Virus record (IMG/VR): IMGVR_UViG_3300020215_000022
Reading direction: 5' to 3' (one strand)
DNA from: a virus
Length of the DNA: 44,197 nt
The notes under the pieces are model-generated. The model had not been told where the DNA came from, ran no database searches, and worked only from the letters and a program-made list of their open reading frames with translations. Numbering within the stretch: position 1 is the stretch's first letter; every line of letters begins with the position of its first letter. Positions 39,041 through 44,197 of the stretch are shown here, in pieces. The translations under genes were made by a program, and so were the position numbers.

Positions 39041-39462
39041 TGGTTCCTACGCCACGTGTCACCGCCTCCGGGCAGGGACGAGGGGGCCCTACCCCTCTTT
39101 CTTCGGCAGGCGATGGGTCGAACGTCGCGTCCGTCCTTGAGCCCCTATCGCGGGAAGAGATCGAGAAGCGCTGGCGTCAGACACAGGCCGCCTTGCGCGA
39201 GAGCCGCGTCAAGCTCGCCGAGCTGAGGCGCGAGATCGAGGAAATGCGTCGGCGTATCCCCAAGCCGAGCCCCGGCCGGCCGAAGTTCTGGACGGAAGAC
39301 AAACTCCTCGACCTCGCGCGGATGGCCGACAACGGCCTCACGGCGAAGCAAATCGCGCGCATCACCGACATGACGCCCGAGGCCATCCGCAGCGCCGCCT
39401 CCGAAGCCGGAATTTCACTTCGCGGCCGGCACACCCAACCCGAAAGCCAACCCAATGAGTGA
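39040..39462 (+). CDS. Coiled-coil protein with a C-terminal GcrA-N-terminal-like HTH
   Basis: FWTEDKLLDLARMADNGLTAKQIARITDMTPEAIRSAASEAGISLRGR resembles the GcrA DNA-binding N-terminus (WT.E....L..LW..G.SA.QIA..LG.VSRNAV.GK.HRLGLSGR). ATG 39040 overlaps the previous TGA. Confidence 0.5.
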   Translation: MVPTPRVTASGQGRGGPTPLSSAGDGSNVASVLEPLSREEIEKRWRQTQAALRESRVKLAELRREIEEMRRRIPKPSPGRPKFWTEDKLLDLARMADNGLTAKQIARITDMTPEAIRSAASEAGISLRGRHTQPESQPNE

Positions 39463-39760
39463 TGGAAGAGAAGGAAAGACCGTGGCTGACGTTCTGAACG
39501 CGGCGGCGGATTTGATCGAGCGGAAAGGCTGGGCGCGCGCAGAATACTACGGGGCCGGCTGTTACTGCGTCCTTGGCGCAATACTCGCCGTGCAGAACGA
39601 GACCTTCGGCTTGGAGGACCTCAACGACGCCTGTGTGGCGGCGGCTGAGGCGATCGTAGACGCGCCCCCATACATGCTGGCGCGCTGGAACGATCACCCC
39701 AAGCGCACCCAAGCCGAAGTCGTTGAGGCCCTCCGCAAAGCAGCCGAGGCCGCCCAATGA
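39455..39760 (+). CDS. Conserved phage protein (GW...C..GA...WND motif family)
   Basis: 101 aa: LIERKGWARAEYYGAGCYCVLGAI...LARWNDHPKRTQAEVVEAL. This recalls a widespread small phage family; the name is uncertain. Confidence 0.65.
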   Translation: MSDGREGKTVADVLNAAADLIERKGWARAEYYGAGCYCVLGAILAVQNETFGLEDLNDACVAAAEAIVDAPPYMLARWNDHPKRTQAEVVEALRKAAEAAQ

Positions 39761-39933
39761 CCCCTGACAACGACAACATGTCGAGCTTCGGCGCGATGCT
39801 CTTCACCACCCTTAGCCAGAACATCAACAAGCCTTTCGTCGTGCTGGATCAAGCCCTCACCGAGAACGTCCGCAAGTTCTGCGATGTCCCTTGGTCTGAA
39901 GCCGAGGCCGACCGGATGGGAGATGCGAGATGA
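39757..39933 (+). CDS. Small hypothetical protein (58 aa)
   Basis: ATGA overlaps at both ends (39757-39760 and 39930-39933). It falls below the track cutoff. Confidence 0.5.
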   Translation: MTPDNDNMSSFGAMLFTTLSQNINKPFVVLDQALTENVRKFCDVPWSEAEADRMGDAR

Positions 39934-40166
39934 CTGGAACCCTAGCCGCGAAGATCAATGTGTCCGACGCGGGCCGCGCAGAGATCAGTTTGGATTTCAA
40001 GTGCACCCAGCTTGAAGCCGCCGTCGCCTGCCAAGCCATCCTGGATGCGATCCTACAGCAGTACGAGACGGAGAACAGGTTCACGCCCCTGCGAAGCGCC
40101 GTCAAGAAAGCCAGGAAGGCCCTGGATGAGATCACGGGGCGCGGCGATGTGGCGGTGCTCCAATGA
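39930..40166 (+). CDS. Hypothetical early protein
   Basis: 78 aa, translationally coupled on both sides. Confidence 0.65.
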   Translation: MTGTLAAKINVSDAGRAEISLDFKCTQLEAAVACQAILDAILQQYETENRFTPLRSAVKKARKALDEITGRGDVAVLQ

Positions 40167-40249
40167 TCTCCGCCCGCGATCTCTTCGCCCTCTCAGCCCT
40201 CATAGCCTCTCTAGGTGGGTTCTGCTTGGTCCTGGGAGGTGCGGTTTGA
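40163..40249 (+). CDS. Single-TM micro-protein (28 aa)
   Basis: MISARDLFALSALIASLGGFCLVLGGAV, with an ATGA overlap at 40163-40166. Confidence 0.35.
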   Translation: MISARDLFALSALIASLGGFCLVLGGAV

Positions 40250-40503
40250 GCGTCTCTGTCGTCCACGTCAAAACCGACCTGTCGCGCATCACAACGGCTG
40301 AGCTGCTCTTGGAGGTCGCTCGGCGCCGGAACGAGCAGTTCTTGGACGCCCTGAAGCTCGGCGAGCAATTCGTCGCAGCCCTGAGCGTCCTCGCCCCTGA
40401 GGAAAGCGGACACCCGGCAGGCATTCGGGACCGGGCCCGCAAGCTCGCCGATCAGGTCGCTGAAGACCTTCTCGGCATGAAAGCCCTGGAGGAGCGCCGG
40501 TGA
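40246..40503 (+). CDS. Hypothetical early protein
   Basis: TTG 40246 lies 6 nt after GGGAGG (40234-40239). 85 aa. This is the C-terminal part of track ORF 39958-40503. Confidence 0.5.
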   Translation: MSVSVVHVKTDLSRITTAELLLEVARRRNEQFLDALKLGEQFVAALSVLAPEESGHPAGIRDRARKLADQVAEDLLGMKALEERR

Positions 40504-40715
40504 CCGCTCCCGATCCCCGCAACCCCGGCCTTGGCTCCTTCTCCGTCATCGAGGGCGAGGTCTACCGCAACGGTATCTACCTCGGGAACCTCACCGCAGA
40601 GCGCCTTCTAGCACTCTACGAAGCCGACCCGAACGCCTGGGCTCAGAAGCAAGCCAACAGGCTGCGCAAGGCCCTCGTTCAAGCGAAATCCTATCATGAA
40701 AGCGAGGCTGCGTAA
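40500..40715 (+). CDS. Hypothetical early protein
   Basis: 71 aa, with a GTGA overlap at 40500-40503. Confidence 0.6.
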   Translation: MTAPDPRNPGLGSFSVIEGEVYRNGIYLGNLTAERLLALYEADPNAWAQKQANRLRKALVQAKSYHESEAA

Positions 40716-41389
40716 TGCGCCATTCTGAAACCCTGACCAAGATCGCCCCGGCCATCGTCAAGGCGCTCGCCGAGATCAAGGGCGCCGCGAAGGACAGCAA
40801 GAACCCACATTTCAAGAACGACTACGCGTCCCTTGAAAGCGTGATCGAGGCCAGCAAGGAAACGCTCGCCAAGCATGGCCTGGCGCTGATGCAGTTCCCC
40901 GGCGCCCTGAACGGCAACGCCCTCGGGCTGGAGACCATCCTGCTGCACGAAAGCGGTGAGTGGTTGAGCGGTGAGGACGCCTTCGGGATCGCGCTCGGCA
41001 AGATGGATGCGCAAGGCGTCGGCTCTGCCCTCACCTACGCCCGCCGCTACGCCCAAATGTCCGCGCTCAACATCCCCGCCCTGGACGATGACGCCGAAGG
41101 TTCGGTTCGGGTCGCCACGAGCCAAGGGCGCAAGACGGCGGCGCAGGCCAAGCGAGACGGAGATCACGACCGCATCAAGGCGCAGCTCGCCGCGTGCGTT
41201 GACCTCGAACAGCTTGGCGCATGGGGCGCACGCATGCCCGAACTGCTGGCCACGCTGCCGGTGTCCTGGGCCGATCCCGTGCACGACCTCTACCTGTCGC
41301 GCCGGTCGGAACTGATGCCCGATATCGGCCGCGATCACGGACTCTATAACGACCCGCACACCGGCTACGAAGACGGGAAGGCCGCCTAA
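40715..41389 (+). CDS. erf: ERF-family single-strand annealing recombinase
   Basis: KDSKNPHFKNDYASLESVIEASKETLAKHGLALMQ...GSALTYARRYAQMSALNI is typical of ERF superfamily proteins. Confidence 0.85.
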   Translation: MRHSETLTKIAPAIVKALAEIKGAAKDSKNPHFKNDYASLESVIEASKETLAKHGLALMQFPGALNGNALGLETILLHESGEWLSGEDAFGIALGKMDAQGVGSALTYARRYAQMSALNIPALDDDAEGSVRVATSQGRKTAAQAKRDGDHDRIKAQLAACVDLEQLGAWGARMPELLATLPVSWADPVHDLYLSRRSELMPDIGRDHGLYNDPHTGYEDGKAA

Positions 41390-41784
41390 TGTCCCGCGCC
41401 CTGCTTGTCCTGGCTGGAGACAAGGAGCGCCGCAAGGCGCACGCCTGGATCGAACAGGCGCCCGTCAACACGCGGGTTGAACTCAAGCGCCCGCGTCGCA
41501 CCCTGCCGCAAAACGACCGGATGTGGGCGATGCTCACCGACGTTGCCACCCAGGTCGAATGGGACGGCAAGAAGCGCACGCCGGAGGTCTGGAAAGACCT
41601 ATTCACCGCCTCCGTCCGAGCGGCCAAGGGCGGCTTGGAAGTCGTGCCCGGCCTCAACGGCGGGATCATGCTCATTGGCCTGCACACCTCGGACATGACC
41701 GTGGAGGAGATGACCGAGCTGCTGGACTGGATCGAAGCCTGGGGGACGGAGAACGGTGTCAAGTTTTCGAGGCAGGCTGCATGA
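41389..41784 (+). CDS. ninB: NinB (Orf)-like recombination mediator
   Basis: VELKRPRRTLPQNDRMWAMLTDVATQVEWDGKKRTPEVWKDLF fits the NinB pattern (R.R.QN...W..L..I...V.W.G....WK). Confidence 0.75.
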   Translation: MSRALLVLAGDKERRKAHAWIEQAPVNTRVELKRPRRTLPQNDRMWAMLTDVATQVEWDGKKRTPEVWKDLFTASVRAAKGGLEVVPGLNGGIMLIGLHTSDMTVEEMTELLDWIEAWGTENGVKFSRQAA

Positions 41785-42116
41785 CCAACGTCCGCGCCTT
41801 CCGCCGATCGATGACGCCCGCCAGGAAACAGCGGATTTGGGACCGCGAAGGCGGGCTCTGCAAGCGCTGTGGCGAGCCCGTTCCCATGACCGGCGCGGAG
41901 GTCGAATACGACCACTACAGCCAGATTGCCATATCCCAGGACGACACCGACGAGAACGTCTTTCCCCTGCATGTGGACTGCCACAAGGCCAAGACGGCGG
42001 CCGATGCGAAAATCAGGGGGAAGGTTGAGCGCCAACGGCTCAAGCACATCGGCGAATATCCGGCGAGCCCCTTCAAGATCAGAAGCGGCGGCTTCCGCAG
42101 AAGGCCGGCCCCATGA
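41781..42116 (+). CDS. HNH endonuclease
   Basis: ATG 41781 is in an ATGA overlap. The motifs are CKRCGEPV...EYDHYSQIA...NVFPLHVDCHKAKT. Confidence 0.8.
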   Translation: MTNVRAFRRSMTPARKQRIWDREGGLCKRCGEPVPMTGAEVEYDHYSQIAISQDDTDENVFPLHVDCHKAKTAADAKIRGKVERQRLKHIGEYPASPFKIRSGGFRRRPAP

Positions 42117-42285
42117 CCTTCTGCTTCTGCGCTCAAACCTCCGTACCCCCGTGCTGCTGCAAGCACTGCACCCCGCCTTTGGATTCAGAACAGGACGGCT
42201 TTGCAGGACAGACCAGGCTTAGGCCGGTGAGGCGGAGAGCCAAGGTCGTGAAGGCTGATGAGGCCCGTCCTTCGAGTGGGGGTGG

Positions 42286-43224
42286 GTGATGCCCCAACCG
42301 CTCGCCATCGACCTGTTCTGCGGCCTTGGCGGCTGGACGGAGGGCTTGCTCGCCGAGGGCTACTTCGTGGTGGGCTTCGACATCGAGCGCCACGAATACG
42401 ACGGGGAGAAATACCCCGGCCACTTGGTCCTTCAGGACGTGCTCACGATCCACGGCAAGCAGTTCAAGGACGCTGATCTGATCGTCGCCTCCCCGCCCTG
42501 CCAGGAATACAGCTACATGGCCATGCCGTGGAGCCGGGCGAAGGCCAAGGCCGCGGCCATCCGTGCCGATGAGACCGGCGACGCTTTGACGAAACTCAAC
42601 GCCCTCTTCGACGCTTGCTTCCGCATCCAGCGCGAAGCCTGCGAGGCGGCCGGGCGGCATATCCCGATGGTGGTGGAGAACGTCAAGGGCGCCCAGCCTT
42701 GGGTTGGGCGGGCACGCTGGGCCTACGGCTCGTACTTCCTGTGGGGAGACGTACCGGCGCTTATGCCGATCCAGAAGTATCACCAGCGCCAGAAGGTCAA
42801 GGCCGGCGAGCAGTGGAACATCAACCGGGCCAACTTCACCGGGACGCGTGGCTGGGATGAGGGGCTGAAAAACCCCGGCTTCCGCTTCGACGGTTCCGGT
42901 CGGAGCTTTCAGAGCGAGAGCGTCGCGCGGCATGTGGCCCCAGATGAGGGCTTCAAATCCAAGGGCATGGACTGGAGCAATCGCAGCCTGAAGGGGCAAG
43001 ACTTCACCCGCATCGCTGGGGCGCAAGCCCGCCACGCTGAGGGCATCAAAGGCAGCGAAGGCTACGAGCGCGACCACCCCCAAGCCTTTGGATGGAAGAA
43101 GCCGGGAACGTCCAGCAAGAGCCCTGCCCGCAAGGCCGCCAGCGCCCGCATTGCGAAGATCCCGCTCACTCTCAGCCAGTACATCGCCCGGCACTACCTG
43201 CGGAGCCGATCGGAGGCAGCATGA
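42286..43224 (+). CDS. dcm: DNA (cytosine-5) methyltransferase
   Basis: Motif I DLFCGLGGW, motif IV ASPPCQEYS and motif VI VVENV are present. No partner endonuclease other than the upstream HNH gene is visible. Confidence 0.9.
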   Translation: MMPQPLAIDLFCGLGGWTEGLLAEGYFVVGFDIERHEYDGEKYPGHLVLQDVLTIHGKQFKDADLIVASPPCQEYSYMAMPWSRAKAKAAAIRADETGDALTKLNALFDACFRIQREACEAAGRHIPMVVENVKGAQPWVGRARWAYGSYFLWGDVPALMPIQKYHQRQKVKAGEQWNINRANFTGTRGWDEGLKNPGFRFDGSGRSFQSESVARHVAPDEGFKSKGMDWSNRSLKGQDFTRIAGAQARHAEGIKGSEGYERDHPQAFGWKKPGTSSKSPARKAASARIAKIPLTLSQYIARHYLRSRSEAA

Positions 43225-44090
43225 CCGACCAATCCCCCGAGGAGGCTATTGCCAGGATCATCGATCCTGAGGCGTTCCAAGAGTTCGCGCCGGATCATCA
43301 GTTCGTCCTACCTGAAAGCGCCGAACTCTTTGCCAAGGGGCGCGATCTCGCCCTTACCAAAGCCCGCACCATCCTCTCCACTCTCCCGGCTAGGGCGGAA
43401 GTGGTGGAGGCGGCGAAGCATGCTGAACGCCTAGCGCGGCTGGCAAAAAGTTCTGCGGAGAGCTTCGATATGCTCGCTGAGCACATCTCGCACCGGGATG
43501 TGGACGACAAGATCAACACCATGATCTTGGCTGCGAATGCGACACTAGAGCTAGTCGCCGCCCTCGCCTCCCTACCCTCTACGGGAGGGGCGGGGGCTCG
43601 CGATTGGGTGGATTGCCCGATCTGCGGCGAGTCGGACATGCGGCGCGAGAAGGACGCCGAGACCGGCCTGTTCTACATCCACTGCGTCAACCTCAACTGC
43701 GGCTCGAACGGCGGCGGCAATTTCTCCGCCCTCGCAGCCGCTCCCTCCCCCACACCGGGCGACGAGCCCGAAAAGTTGCGGAACCGTGCTGGTGAAAGAA
43801 CCCAGGCGAGCCACGGGAAAGCAAGCGCCCCTGCATCTGTGACCGGAGACTCGCCGGTAGATGCAGGGGCCACCCCCGTCCTTGATCCTGCCTTCTGGAC
43901 AGAACTGGAAGAGGTGGAAAGGCTGTTCGAGGCGTTCGAACAGGCTGACGTGACGTGCGGCGCGCGCCTGTCTGTCATCAATGACGCCGCCCAGGAACTG
44001 CGCGCGCTCCAAGACGCCGAAAAGGCCCTGAACCGAGCCTCGGTCAACCTCCTCCGCAAGTGGCTTCCTGCTCTGAGGGGTGGCCAATGA
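43221..44090 (+). CDS. Hypothetical protein with a central zinc-ribbon (CPICG...CVNLNCG)
   Basis: ATG 43221 is in an ATGA overlap with dcm. 289 aa. It reads across the circular junction. This is an internal start within track ORF 43092-44090. Confidence 0.65.
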   Translation: MTDQSPEEAIARIIDPEAFQEFAPDHQFVLPESAELFAKGRDLALTKARTILSTLPARAEVVEAAKHAERLARLAKSSAESFDMLAEHISHRDVDDKINTMILAANATLELVAALASLPSTGGAGARDWVDCPICGESDMRREKDAETGLFYIHCVNLNCGSNGGGNFSALAAAPSPTPGDEPEKLRNRAGERTQASHGKASAPASVTGDSPVDAGATPVLDPAFWTELEEVERLFEAFEQADVTCGARLSVINDAAQELRALQDAEKALNRASVNLLRKWLPALRGGQ

Positions 44091-44197
44091 CCGTTATCGA
44101 AGAAATCGCAGCCGAGCGCCGCCGTCAGATCGAGGTGGAAGGCTGGACGCCTGCCGAGGACGACGCCAAGTGGGACAGCGGCCAGCTTGCCAAGGCC
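44071..44197. repeat. Terminal direct repeat copy 2 (identical to 1-127); includes a truncated duplicate of the 5' end of gene 17-361 starting at 44087
   Basis: Same 127-nt string as the window start, compared by eye. Confidence 0.9.

Noticed and set aside
41175-42047. 290-aa minus-strand ORF opposite erf, ninB and HNH
   Set aside because: It is antisense to three motif-supported + strand genes and its translation is Arg/Ser/Pro-rich.
42133-43194. 353-aa minus-strand ORF covering most of the C5-methyltransferase gene
   Set aside because: It is antisense to a gene with unmistakable Dcm motifs. The translation is Arg/Ala/Gly/Pro-rich with no motifs. This is a typical high-GC shadow ORF.

Overview
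The window is one complete, circularly closed phage genome. Bases 1-127 are identical to 44071-44197, so the unique length is 44,070 bp. It looks like a temperate, high-GC, podovirus-like phage, probably of an alphaproteobacterium; the host call is an inference from GC content, a GcrA-like motif and a tRNA-Val attP. Layout: (i) + strand 17-5473 carries early and accessory genes: a DUF551-like protein, a DPPY-type DNA methyltransferase, excisionase plus tyrosine integrase, an attP that is the 3' part of a tRNA-Val(CAC), and a T5orf172/GIY-YIG-like protein. (ii) 5474-5900 is an unusually long gap without convincing coding, followed by three small + strand genes. (iii) - strand 31673 down to 6445 is one long late block. 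It reads: unknown strongly translated 173-aa protein, TerS, TerL, unknown 208-aa protein, portal, scaffold, SU10/DUF5309-like major capsid, adaptor and tail proteins, LamG-like protein, a 63-bp-repeat protein, tail fiber, four internal-virion-like proteins, and a beta-helix tailspike. Next comes an opposite-strand membrane-ORF plus SAM-methyltransferase cassette (+ strand, 9713-10813). The block then ends in a lysis cassette: holin candidates, SAR endolysin, i-spanin and o-spanin, and a GH16-like glycan hydrolase carrying a Pro9 linker. (iv) - strand 37005 down to 31882 is the early-right operon: Cro-like protein, DUF1064, a DnaA-domain-IV-only protein, and an initiator-like gene containing iterons plus an AT-rich tract (candidate ori). 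(v) + strand 37138-44090 carries the cI-like S24 repressor, a terminator, an operator-flanked promoter, a GcrA-like HTH protein, Erf, NinB, HNH, a C5-cytosine methyltransferase and a zinc-ribbon protein. No tape-measure-sized gene, rRNA, intact tRNA, CRISPR array or transposase was seen. All family names come from motif recognition by eye; no database search was run. Many long ORFs in the supplied track are antisense or alternative-frame shadows typical of high-GC DNA.
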